From NCBI GenBank assembly GCA_951406725.2, contig OX597834.1, forward strand, positions 41,912,001 through 41,976,000: a DNA stretch of 64,000 nt, in the 5' to 3' direction. Origin of the DNA: Octopus vulgaris. Its lineage: Eukaryota. The position numbers and the translations under genes were made by a program. The notes below the pieces were generated by a model. That model was not told where the DNA came from. It saw only the letters and a list, made by a program, of their open reading frames with translations, and did not search any database. Of the stretch, positions 39,323-51,900 are shown in pieces (the stretch's first letter is position 1; the number at the start of each line of letters is the position of its first letter).

Positions 39323-39655
39323 TTTGTCCCCTCTATGTTTAGCCCCTTGTGGGCAATAAAGAAATAAGAAACGTTAGCACGCTGGGTGAAATGCTTAACG
39401 GTATTTCGTCTGTCGTTACGTTCTGAGTGCAAATTCCACCAAGGTCGACTTTGCCTTTCATCCTTTCGGGGTCGATAAATTAAGCACCAGTTACGCACTG
39501 GGGTCGATGTAATCGACTTAATACCTATGTCTGTCCTTGTTTGTCCCCTCTGTGTTTAGCCCCTTGTGGGTGGTAAAGAAATAGGTATTTCATCCAACTT
39601 TATCCCTTTGTTTGTCCCCTCTGTGTGTAGCCCCTTGTGAGCAGTAAAGAAATAG
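39322..39655 (+). mobile_element. SINE family C, tandem tail/body copies
   Basis: GCCCCTTGTG(G/A)G...TAAAGAAATA occurs three times. Confidence 0.8.
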
Positions 39656-40093
39656 GGAACTTTTTGAATGCAACTCATATATTATATGTGTGTGTGTGTG
39701 TGTGTGTGACTGTACAATTACAGCATGGAACACAAGCATTAGTCTTTAGAAAACTGCTACAAAAAAACCCACAAAAACTTCACTTAGTCTCACTCAAGTA
39801 TTTATTATTTGGTGTTAAATCTTTTGTTGTACCAACTGCAACCAGGCGACTGATGTGACTGGGTTTATGCTAGGGAATGAGGGGTGGGGGTGGGGAGGAG
39901 GGGATTAATGTATGAGTGAAAAGTAGGGGGATGGAGGCGGGGGGGGGGGGCAAAGTAGGTTTTTGTGGAAGAGTTGCATGACTATTCACATTTAGTAAGG
40001 GAGAGAGAGAAAGAGAGTGAGAGAGAGAGAGTGAGAGAGAGAAAGAGTGAGAAAGAGAGAGAGAGTGAGAAAGAGAGAGAGAGTGAGAAAGTG

Positions 40094-40124
<31 letters not shown>

Positions 40125-40371
40125 AAGTGAGAGAGAGAGAAAGTGAGAGAGAAAGAGAGAGAGTGAGAAAGAGAGAGAGAGAGAGTGAGAAAGAGAGAGA
40201 GGGAGATGAAAGGGGAGATGAGGTATCCAAGTCGCCCCTCAAGGTATGAGATGAGTAGAAGTCGGTAGGTGGGTGAATGGGTGGGGGTGAATTGATGTCA
40301 ATGTCCTGTTATTGGATAGAAATGCTCATATATGTCTGAGAGTGAGAGAAAGACAGAGAAATAAAGACAGG

Positions 40372-40403
<32 letters not shown>

Positions 40404-41159
40404 TGGGGAAAAGGGGAGAGAGAGAGAGAGAGAGAGAGAAAGGGGAGAGGGAGAGATAGAGAGAGAGAGAGAAGCTTATGTAAAGAAATAAACAATGATG
40501 GAAGAATTTGAAAAGTAAACAGAGAAATGGGATGAAAGATGGAAGCTTTATGGGAAATGGTTGTAGAGGAAGGACTGGGTGGGTTTCTGTGTCAGTTGTC
40601 TGTTTTTAGTCAGATACCACTGATTAGCACATATGTTTAGTGCACACCTACCCTGGGTAGATGTGTTTAGCCTTAGTGCTTTTATGCAATGTTTATACAC
40701 ACACAAACACACACACACAAACACATGCGTGCATGCACATTTACACTCCTACACACACACACGTACACATACATTTACACTCCTACACACACACACATGT
40801 ACACATACATGCACACATTTACACTCCTACACACACACACACACACATACATGTACACACACATACCCCTACACACACTTACATGCACATACATTTACAC
40901 TCCTACACACACACATGTACACATACATGCACACATTTACACTTCTACACACACACACACGTACACATACATGCACACACACACACACACAGGTATATAC
41001 TTAAATACACAGCGTGTGTGTGTGTATAGAAACAAGTAAACAAATGCGTGTATTTTATACACAGGATCTGCTGTAAAGAATTCCTAATTAATTTTTAGTC
41101 ATAATTGCTAATAAAGGGCATAAAAACACACAAGTTCTTTAAGATTTAATTAAATATGG

Positions 41160-41303
41160 TTATTTCCTTCAATATATCTGCCTTTAGCTTTCACAATCAC
41201 CTGAAGATGGCCAAGAACAGAGTCACACAAATGCTGGGATGACTTCTTCACTTAAACAATCCCTTGAGGTGACTAAGGCTTTCTTCAGAGTGGTGATATT
41301 TTT
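41160..41303 (-). pseudogene. Tc1/mariner (maT/DD37D-like) transposase C-terminal fragment
   Basis: NITTLKKALVTS...CDSVLGHLQVIVKAKGRYIEGK*; continues the fragment at 43903-44160; TIR-like TACACAGG at ~41058. Confidence 0.7.
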
Positions 41304-43899
41304 ATAATAATAATAATAATAATGAAATTATTGTATACAGTGCTCAGGTGCACCACAACTTGTCAGAGTATATGCAGTAATGTACAAATGTCTGGAAAGC
41401 GAACAATGCATGAGTCAGATACATGCTTGTGTGCGTATGGAGGGGAGAAAATCAGGTGTAGTGTTGGCGAATCTCAGAAAGCATGGAAGTCTTGAAGGAT
41501 GCAGTGCTCCGACAACTAACAACTGATGCCGGCAGTTTGTTCCATGCTTCAGCGTGTGTATGGAGGGGAGAAGATCTGGTGTAGTGTTGGCGAATCTCAG
41601 AAAGCATGGAAGTCTTGAAGGATGCAGTGCTCCGACAACTAACAACTGATGCCTGCAGTTTGTTCCATGCTTCAGCGTGTGTATGGAGGGAAGAAGATCT
41701 GGTGTAGTGTTGGCGAATCTCGGGAAGCATGGAAGTCTTGAAGGATGCAGTGCTCCGACAACTAACAACTGATGCCTGCAGTTTGTTCCATGCTTCAGCG
41801 TGTGTATGGAGGGAAGAAGATCTGGTGTAGTGTTGGCGAATCTCAGAAAGCATGGAAGTCTTGAAGGATGCAGTGCTCCGACAACTAACAACTGATGCCT
41901 GCAGTTTGTTCCATGCTTCAGCGTGTGTATGGAGGGAAGAAGATCTGGTGTAGTGTTGGCGAATCTCAGAAAGCATGGAAGTCTTGAAGGATGCAGTGCT
42001 CCGACAACTAACAACTGATGCCTGCAGTTTGTTCCATGCTTCAGCGTGTGTATGGAGGGAAGAAGATCTGGTGTAGTGTTGGCGAATCTCGGGAAGCATG
42101 GAAGTTTTGAAGGATGCAGTGCTCCGACAACTAACAACTGATGCCTGCAGTTTGTTCCATGCTTCAGCGTGTGTATGGAGGGAAGAAGATCTGGTGTAGT
42201 GTTGGCGAATCTCGGGAAGCATGGAAGTCTTGAAGGATGCAGTGCTCCGACAACTAACAACTGATGCCTGCAGTTTGTTCCATGCTTCAGCGTGTGTATG
42301 GAGGGAAGAAGATCTGGTGTAGTGTTGGCGAATCTCAGAAAGCATGGAAGTCTTGAAGGATGCAGTGCTCCGACAACTAACAACTGATGCCTGCAGTTTG
42401 TTCCATGCTTCAGCGTGTGTATGGAGGGAAGAAGATCTGGTGTAGTGTTGGCGAATCTCGGGAAGCATGGAAGTCTTGAAGGATGCAGTGCTCCGACAAC
42501 TAACAACTGATGCCTGCAGTTTGTTCCATGCTTCAGCGTGTGTATGGAGGGGAGAAGATCTGGTGTAGTGTTGGCGAATCTCAGAAAGCATGGAAGTCTT
42601 GAAGGATGCAGTGCTCCGACAACTAACAACTGATGCCTGCAGTTTGTTCCATGCTTCAGCGTGTGTATGGAGGGAAGAAGATCTGGTGTAGTGTTGGCGA
42701 ATCTCAGAAAGCATGGAAGTCTTGAAGGATGCAGTGCTCCGACAACTAACAACTGATGCCTGCAGTTTGTTCCATGCTTCAGCGTGTGTATGGAGGGAAG
42801 AAGATCTGGTGTAGTGTTGGCGAATCTCGGGAAGCATGGAAGTTTTGAAGGATGCAGTGCTCCGACAACTAACAACTGATGCCGGCAGTTTGTTCCATGC
42901 TTCAGCGTGTGTATGGAGGGGAGAAGATCTGGTGTAGTGTTGGCGAATCTCGGGAAGCATGGAAGTCTTGAAGGATGCAGTGCTCCGACAACTAACAACT
43001 GATGCCTGCAGTTTGTTCCATGCTTCAGCGTGTGTATGGAGGGAAGAAGATCTGGTGTAGTGTTGGCGAATCTCGGGAAGCATGGAAGTCTTGAAGGATG
43101 CAGTGCTCCGACAACTAACAACTGATGCCTGCAGTTTGTTCCATGCTTCAGCGTGTGTATGGAGGGAAGAAGATCTGGTGTAGTGTTGGCGAATCTCAGA
43201 AAGCATGGAAGTCTTGAAGGATGCAGTGCTCCGACAACTAACAACTGATGCCTGCAGTTTGTTCCATGCTTCAGCGTGTGTATGGAGGGAAGAAGATCTG
43301 GTGTAGTGTTGGCGAATCTCAGAAAGCATGGAAGTCTTGAAGGATGCAGTGCTCCGACAACTAACAACTGATGCCTGCAGTTTGTTCCATGCTTCAGCGT
43401 GTGTATGGAGGGAAGAAGATCTGGTGTAGTGTTGGCGAATCTCGGGAAGCATGGAAGTCTTGAAGGATGCAGTGCTCCGACAACTAACAACTGATGCCTG
43501 CAGTTTGTTCCATGCTTCAGCGTGTGTATGGAGGGAAGAAGATCTGGTGTAGTGTTGGCGAATCTCGGGAAGCATGGAAGTCTTGAAGGATGCAGTGCTC
43601 CGACAACTAACAACTGATGCCTGCAGTTTGTTCCATGCTTCAGCGTGTGTATGGAGGGGAGAAGATCTGGTGTAGTGTTGGCGAATCTCAGAAAGCATGG
43701 AAGTCTTGAAGGATGCAGTGCTCCGACAACTAACAACTGATGCCTGCAGTTTGTTCCATGCTTCAGCGTGTGTATGGAGGGAAGAAGATCTGGTGTAGTG
43801 TTGGCGAATCTCGGGAAGCATGGAAGTTTTGAAGGATGCAGTGCTCCGACAACTAACAACTGATGCCGGCAGTTTGTTCCATGCTTCTGCAATTCTCAG
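41304..43899 (-). mobile_element. 5'-truncated CR1-clade LINE whose last 123 bp of ORF2/UTR are amplified 20-fold
   Basis: (ATT)n tail and 3' UTR match the monomer at 62941-63415; the unit encodes AEAWNKLPASVVSCRSTASFKTSML (CR1 WN.LP..VV....FK motif). Confidence 0.92.
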
Positions 43900-43902
43900 G
43901 AG

Positions 43903-44160
43903 TTTTGTAGGAGACCCTTGAAATGCCATTTTCTAGAATGGACCAAATAGCGAAGTCCATGGGGATTGACGTCTAGGCTGGAGTCGGGGTTGCACACATT
44001 CTTGTTTCAGAACCCACTGAAATGGATCCCTGCACCACTGCTGTATCACAGTGGTTGTACGAGAAGGAGCGCTGTCTTGTGTGAACACGTAATTATCTCC
44101 AAATACTTCGGTCAACCATGGCAAAACATTATCCTCAACGTTTTTGTGTAAATTATCGTT
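43903..44160 (-). pseudogene. Tc1/mariner (maT/DD37D-like) transposase catalytic fragment
   Basis: NVLPWL...GDNYVFTQDSAPS.T...QQWC, then frameshifted DVNP/MDFAIWSILE (SPDLNP.D motif). Confidence 0.8.
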
Positions 44161-44329
44161 ATTATCATCAATCACTAGTCTTATTTTCATCATGTGCATT
44201 CACTGCACCACCGAGTGCAGTTCTGTGTGACTTGGGTCTGTTATGATGTTCTTATTGTTACTGTTTTGAAAGTGTTTTACGTAGGATGTGTGCAGTGCCT
44301 AATGGTGCTATTTTCTGTATGTTATATAT

Positions 44330-44530
44330 CAGTGCTTTTCAAACTTTTTGCTGGAGCAGAACCCCAAGGAAACATTCCACTGGCTCAGGGAACCCCTGTG
44401 CAATAATTTAATAGTCTTATGCACACATATCTACATAGGAAAATTTAAAATTACTGCCGATTTTAGCAGTTTTGTAACTTCTTGCGGAAACCCTGGACTG
44501 TACTGGCGGAACCCTGGTTGAAAACCACTG
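44330..44530. mobile_element. hAT (Charlie-like) MITE with 8-bp TSD
   Basis: TIR CAGTGCTTTTCAA / TTGAAAACCACTG; TTATATAT on both sides. Confidence 0.88.
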
Positions 44531-44694
44531 TTATATATATTTGTTAGTCCTGGAGTTTTTGTTATGTATTTGTCTGTTGTGGTTGAGAAGTTTATTTCCC
44601 AAACACTTGGTAATTCTAACTCTCAAATCATGTCCTGTTGCCTTAAAAAGTAGAAGTACAGTGGATTATGTGCTTCTGGATTCCTTACATCTTA

Positions 44695-45544
44695 TCTCTC
44701 TATTGCCCACAAGGGGCTAAACATAGAAGGGACAAACAAGGACAGACAAAGGGATTAAGTCTATTACATCAACCCCCAGTGAGTAACCGGTACTTATTTA
44801 ATCGACCCCGAAAGGAGAAAGGCAGAGTCGACCACGGCGAAATTTGAACTCAGAACATAGCGGCATACGAAATACCTATTTCTTTATTACCCACAAGGGG
44901 CTAAACATAGAGGGGACAAACAAGGACAGACAAACGGATTAAGTCTATTACATCGACCCCCCAGTGAGTAACTGGTACTTATTTAATCGACCCCGAAAGG
45001 ATGAAAGGCAGAGTCGACCACGGCAGAATTTGAACTCAGAACGTAGCGGCAGACGAAATACCTATTTCTTTTACTACTCACAAGGGGCTAAACACAGAGA
45101 GGACAAACAAGGACAGACAAACGGATTAAGTCAATTATATCGACCCCAATTATATCGGCGAGCTGGCAGAAACGTTAGCGCGCCGGGCGAAATGCTTAGT
45201 GGTATTTCGTCTGTCGTTACGTTGTGAGTTCAAATTCTGCCGAGGTCGACTTTGCCTTTCATCCTTTCGGGGTCGATAAATTAAGTACCAGTTACCCACT
45301 GGGGTCGATGTAATTGATATATCCGTTTGTCTGTTCTTGTTTGTCCCCTCTATGTTTAGCGCCTTGTGGGTAGTAAAGAAATATATATCGACCCCAGTGT
45401 TTCACTGGTACTTAATTTATCGACCCCGAAAGGATGAAAGGCAAAGTTGACCTCGGCGGAATTTGAACTCAGAACGTAGCGGCAGACCAAATATCGCTAA
45501 GCATTTCGCCCGGCGTGCTAACGATTGTGCCTGCTCGCTGCCTT
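44695..45544. mobile_element. SINE family C nest: plus copy inserted into a minus copy with triplicated body
   Basis: Plus copy ~45157-45382 is flanked by TATATCGACCCCA at 45136 and 45384. Confidence 0.88.
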
Positions 45545-46206
45545 ACATCTTCCTTACATCTAAGACGGAAGCAACTTCCAGATTGTTTAGTTCCAAGTGA
45601 GAACTAATGAAAGGCATTTCACGTGGGGATTGTCTCTCATCAGCTGGAGTTCAACAACAACAACAACAACAACAACAGCAGCAGCAATATTTAGTGTTTT
45701 GCTTTCTTAAACCCAAAGATCTGCACTTTGTGCTGAAATATTGCCAAAATTGCGTTTGTTCAATGAATAATTGTGTCGTTGGTGAGAAGTTCCTGTTGAG
45801 TCAGTGATTTTCTGATTACGTCAAAGATTAGCGAAATACCTGTGCCACCTGGAAGGTGGAATAAATACCACAAGGTGTTTTCGTTTGCTGCAACAGTCTG
45901 TCAGTGCACACACATTCACACACATACATATGCACATGCATGTATGCAAACACAAGCACTCACTCCCACACATAAACACACACACACACACATACGCATA
46001 CATATACGCATACACACATACGCATACACACACACACGTATATAAACAATGAAGTTTCATTCAGTGTCGGTTTATGGCATTTCATTCACAAGACAATGGC
46101 CTACTCTTGTGGCTTTCAAACAATGTTTATCAAAAGGCCTCTTTGATTTCTGTTTTACTTGGATGGGCCGTTGTAGCCATTCAATGTTTAGAAAAAAACA
46201 TCCTGT

Positions 46207-46365
46207 TAGGTGCAGGTGTGGCTGTGTGGTAAGAAGCTTGTTTACCAGCGACATGGTTCTGGGTTCAGTCCCACTGCATGAATCTCTGGACCAGTGTCTT
46301 CTACTATAGCCTTGGGCTAACTAAAGCCTTGAGAGTAGATTTCGTAGACAGCAACTGAAAGAAGC

Positions 46366-46461
<96 letters not shown>

Positions 46462-46887
46462 TGAGATGTACTTGCATAGCAGGTGACCTGATCTGAGAGC
46501 GTGTACTGAAACAAAAACAATTGCATCATGGAAGCCATTTAAAAACACACAAAAACTAAGTCCTGGGATCGATTTCTTGGACTGAAAAAACAAACCCTTT
46601 GAAGTGGTATCCAACATAGCTGCAGTCAAATGACTGAAACAAGTAAAAGAGTAAAAGAATTGTTTTTATATTTGAATTTTATTAGGAATTGTATTAAAAA
46701 ATTGTTAAAATATTTTGTAGGAGTTGCTGTGTGGTAAGTAGCTTGCTTACGAACTACATGGTTCTGGGTTCAGTCCCACTGCATGGCACCTTGAGCAAGT
46801 GTCTTTTACTATAGCCATGGCCAACCAAGACCCTGTGAGTGGATTTAGTAGACGGAAACTGAAAGAAGCCCACCGTATGTATGTATA

Positions 46888-46944
<57 letters not shown>

Positions 46945-47865
46945 GTGTGTGTGTATATGTTTGTGTGTTTGTGTTTGTTCCCCCAACATCACTTGACAAT
47001 CGATGCTGGTGAAGTTACGTCTCTGTAACCCAGAAGTTCAGCAAAAGAGACCGATAGAGTAAGTACTAGGCTTACAAAGAATAAGTTTTGAGGTCGATTT
47101 GGTCGACTAAAGGCAGTGCTCCAGCATGGCCACAGTCAAATGACTGAAACAAGTAAAAAGAGTATATTGAAGAGGCATTACAAGTTTATTGGCCATAAAT
47201 TTTAACAGCAAAATCTTATCTGGACCACCAAGGGCTATAAGGACCACCGAGAACCATATGGACCCCAGTTGAGGACCACTGGTCTACCAAATGCTTATGG
47301 TAAAAGGCTTGCACAAGGCGCCTCATAGTGGTGTTGTACCCAGAATTTTGTAGTTATGAACTGAACTTATTAAACACAGAGCCAAACCTGAAGGTAGCAA
47401 TTAATTAGGGATTGACTTGATAAATTGCACAATTGGGTCTGAGGAGCACAATGGAGGCCTTGGTCCCACCGAATCCGTCAAACCATTCCAACCGTATTGA
47501 AAGATTTACAATTGATTCTAAATTATTTCTGTTCTGTTGACAGGCGCAGGTGTGGCTGTGTGGTAAGATGCTTGTTTCCCAACCACATGGTTCTGGGTTC
47601 AGTCCCACTATGTGGCATTTTGGACAAGTGTCTTCTACTATAGCCTTGGGTCAACCAATGCCTTGTAAGTGAATTTGGTAGACAGAAACTGAAAGAAGCC
47701 TGTCGTATATCTCCATGTGTGTGTCCATATTTGTTCCCCATCACCATTTGACAACCAGTGTTCGCGTATGTACATCCCTGTAACTTAGCAGTTAGGCAAA
47801 ATAGAACTAATAGAATAAGTACTCGCCTCCAGAAATAAGTCTTGGGGTTGATTTGGTCGACTAAA
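46207..47865 (+). mobile_element. Cluster of three SINE family A copies (46207-46660, 46718-47163, 47541-47865)
   Basis: Three heads with A/B boxes; the first carries a Penelope-like fragment (46460-46555) after its (TA)n. Confidence 0.85.
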
Positions 47866-48473
47866 ACCCTAAATAAACCCTAAATAAAACCCTAAAATAG
47901 CAAAATTTGTGTCATTGTTAGTTTTTACTAACCTACAAACATATTTTATTTCGAAAATTTACATGCGCATATATGGGGTCCACAGATGATAAGACAGCTC
48001 TCAGGGGGTCCACAAGCAAAATAAGGTTGGGAACCCCTAAGGTAGTCGTTAATAATTGCTCCCTTTTTGTAGTAAAAGTTACATAATGCTAACCGATTAA
48101 CGAGCACCTTTCTCCATTATAGAGTAGATATCTCCTCCTCAAAGACAAAAACCTACACACCCCCATCTTCAAATGATAAACTTTCAGCATGTTACATCAG
48201 TAAATTATCTTGTTTCATTTTATTTATGTCTGTATATTTTTGGTGGGCATTGTGCTGATGCTGGGGCATAGAGATATTTGTTACAAAACATTGCTCGTGG
48301 CATGTTGATGGCAAACACACAACCGAAACGACAGTTAATTCATCAAACATCTGGCAATTTATCCCGTTGGCAAATAGAAAGAAGTCTCACGAACCAATGA
48401 GGAAATGTCTGCGGTGTTGTTACCTGTTCTGCTAGAAATAGCAGCCAAATCCTCCTCCTATTGTTTCTTATAT

Positions 48474-48690
48474 TACTCTTTTACTCTTTTACATGTTTCA
48501 GTCATTTGACTGCGGCCATGCTGGAGCACCGCCTTTAGTCGAGCAAATCGACCCCGGGACTTATTCTTTGTAAGCCCAGTACTTATTCTATCTGTCTCTT
48601 TTGCCGAACCGCTAAGTGACGGGGACGTAAACACACCGGCATTGGTTGTCAAGCAATGCTAGGGGGACAAACACAGACACACAAACACAT

Positions 48691-48735
<45 letters not shown>

Positions 48736-48903
48736 TACGACTGGCTTCTTTCAGTTTCCGTCTACCAAATCCACTCACAAGGCATTGGTTGGCCCGGGGC
48801 TATAGCAGAAGACACTTGCCCAAGATGCCACGCAGTGGGACTGAACCCGGAACCATGTGGTTGGTAAGCAAGCTACTTACCACACAGCCACTCCTGCGCC
48901 TAT
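48474..48903 (-). mobile_element. SINE family A, full length, near consensus
   Basis: Closely matches the reverse complement of 6808-7190; its head is the first unit of the adjacent array. Confidence 0.93.
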
Positions 48904-51900
48904 AGCTACTTACCACACAGCCACTCCTGCGCCTATAGCTACTTACCACACAGCCACTCCTGCGCCTATAGCTACTTACCACACAGCCACTCCTGTGCCT
49001 ATAGCTACTTACCACACAGCCACTCCTGTGCCTTTAGCTACTTACCACACAGCCACTCCTGCGCCTATAGCTACTTACCACACAGCCACTCCTGCGCCTA
49101 TAGCTACTTACTCACACAGCCACCTCTGCGCCTATAGCACTTACCACTTAGCCATTCTGCACACAGCCACTCCTGCGCCTATAGCTACTTACCACTTAGC
49201 CACTCCTGCGCCTATAGCTACTTACCACACAGCCACTCCTGCGCCTATAGCTACTTACCACACAGCCACTCCTGCGCCTATAGCTACTTACCACACAGCC
49301 ACTCCTGTGCCTTTAGCTACTTACCACACAGCCACTCCTGCGCCTATAGCTACTTACCACACAGCCACTCCTGTGCCTATAGCTACTTACCACACAGCCA
49401 CTCCTGCGCCTATAGCTACTTACCACACAGCCACTCCTGCGCCTATAGCTACTTACCACACAGCCACTCCTGTGCCTTTAGCTACTTACCACACAGCCAC
49501 TCCTGCGCCTATAGCTACTTACCACACAGCCACTCCTGCGCCTATAGCTACTTACCACACAGCCACTCCTGCGCCTATAGCTACTTACCACACAGCCACT
49601 CCTGCGCCTATAGCTACTTACCACACAGCCACTCCTGTGCCTTTAGCTACTTACCACACAGCCACTCCTGCGCCTATAGCTACTTACCACACAGCCACTC
49701 CTGCGCCTATAGCTACTTACCACACAGCCACTCCTGCGCCTATAGCTACTTACCACACAGCCACTCCTGCGCCTATAGCTACTTACCACACAGCCACTCC
49801 TGCGCCTATAGCTACTTACCACACAGCCACTCCTGTGCCTATAGCTACTTACCACACAGCCACTCCTGCGCCTATAGCTACTTACCACACAGCCACTCCT
49901 GCGCCTATAGCTACTTACCACACAGCCACTCCTGCGCCTATAGCTACTTACCACTACCTCTGGCCTAGCTACACTCCTGCGCCTATAGCTACTTACCACA
50001 CAGCCACTCCTGCGCCTATAGCTACTTACCACACAGCCACTCCTGCGCCTATAGCTACTTACCACACAGCCACTCCTGCGCCTATAGCTACTTACCACTT
50101 AGCCACTCCTGCGCCTATAGCTACTTACCACACAGCCACTCCTGCGCCTATAGCTACTTACCACTTAGCCACTCCTGCGCCTATAGCTACTTACCACACA
50201 GCCACTCCTGCGCCTATAGCTACTTACCACACAGCCACTCCTGCGCCTATAGCTACTTACCACACAGCCACTCCTGCGCCTATAGCTACTTACCACACAG
50301 CCACTCCTGCGCCTATAGCTACTTACCACACAGCCACTCCTGCGCCTATAGCTACTTACCACTTAGCCACTCCTGCGCCTATAGCTACTTACCACACAGC
50401 CACTCCTGCGCCTATAGCTACTTACCACACAGCCACTCCTGCGCCTATAGCTACTTACCACACAGCCACTCCTGCGCCTATAGCTACTTACCACACAGCC
50501 ACTCCTGCGCCTATAGCTACTTACCACACAGCCACTCCTGTGCCTTTAGCTACTTACCACACAGCCACTCCTGCGCCTATAGCTACTTACCACACAGCCA
50601 CTCCTGCGCCTATAGCTACTTACCACACAGCCACTCCTGCGCCTATAGCTACTTACCACACAGCCACTCCTGCGCCTATAGCTACTTACCACACAGCCAC
50701 TCCTGCGCCTATAGCTACTTACCACACAGCCACTCCTGCGCCTATAGCTACTTACCACACAGCCACTCCTGCGCCTATAGCTACTTACCACACAGCCACT
50801 CCTGCGCCTATAGCTACTTACCACACAGCCACTCCTGCGCCTATAGCTACTTACCACACAGCCACTCCTGCGCCTATAGCTACTTACCACACAGCCACTC
50901 CTGTGCCTTTAGCTACTTACCACTTAGCCACTCCTGTGCCTATAGCTACTTACCACTTAGCCACTCCTGCGCCTATAGCTACTTACCACACAGCCACTCC
51001 TGCGCCTATAGCTACTTACCACACAGCCACTCCTGCGCCTATAGCTACTTACCACACAGCCACTCCTGCGCCTATAGCTACTTACCACACAGCCACTCCT
51101 GCGCCTATAGCTACTTACCACTTAGCCACTCCTGCGCCTATAGCTACTTACCACACAGCCACTCCTGCGCCTATAGCTACTTACCACACAGCCACTCCTG
51201 CGCCTATAGCTACTTACCACACAGCCACTCCTGTGCCTATAGCTACTTACCACACAGCCACTCCTGCGCCTATAGCTACTTACCACTTAGCCACTCCTGC
51301 GCCTATAGCTACTTACCACACAGCCACTCCTGCGCCTATAGCTACTTACCACACAGCCACTCCTGCGCCTATAGCTACTTACCACACAGCCACTCCTGCG
51401 CCTATAGCTACTTACCACACAGCCACTCCTGCGCCTATAGCTACTTACCACTTAGCCACTCCTGCGCCTATAGCTACTTACCACACAGCCACTCCTGCGC
51501 CTATAGCTACTTACCACACAGCCACTCCTGCGCCTATAGCTACTTACCACACAGCCACTCCTGTGCCTATAGCTACTACCACTTAGCCACTCCTGCGCCT
51601 ATAGCTACTTACCACTTAGCCACTCCTGCGCCTATAGCTACTTACCACACAGCCACTCCTGCGCCTATAGCTACTTACCACACAGCCACTCCTGCGCCTA
51701 TAGCTACTTACCACACAGCCACTCCTGCGCCTATAGCTACTTACCACACAGCCACTCCTGTGCCTATAGCTACTTACCACACAGCCACTCCTGCGCCTAT
51801 AGCTACTTACCACACAGCCACTCCTGCGCCTATAGCTACTTACCACACAGCCACTCCTGCGCCTATAGCTACTTACCACACAGCCACTCCTGCGCCTATA

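Noticed and set aside
45607-45807. PolyQ ORF; likewise the poly-R/L/F/P ORFs at 32188-32565, 54133-54372, 57373-57622 and 60275-60644
   Set aside because: These are trinucleotide microsatellites with no supporting exon structure.
47862-47897. Three AAACCCTAAA units resembling telomeric repeats
   Set aside because: This is a local slippage duplication at a SINE end; it is too short and is not a TTAGGG array.
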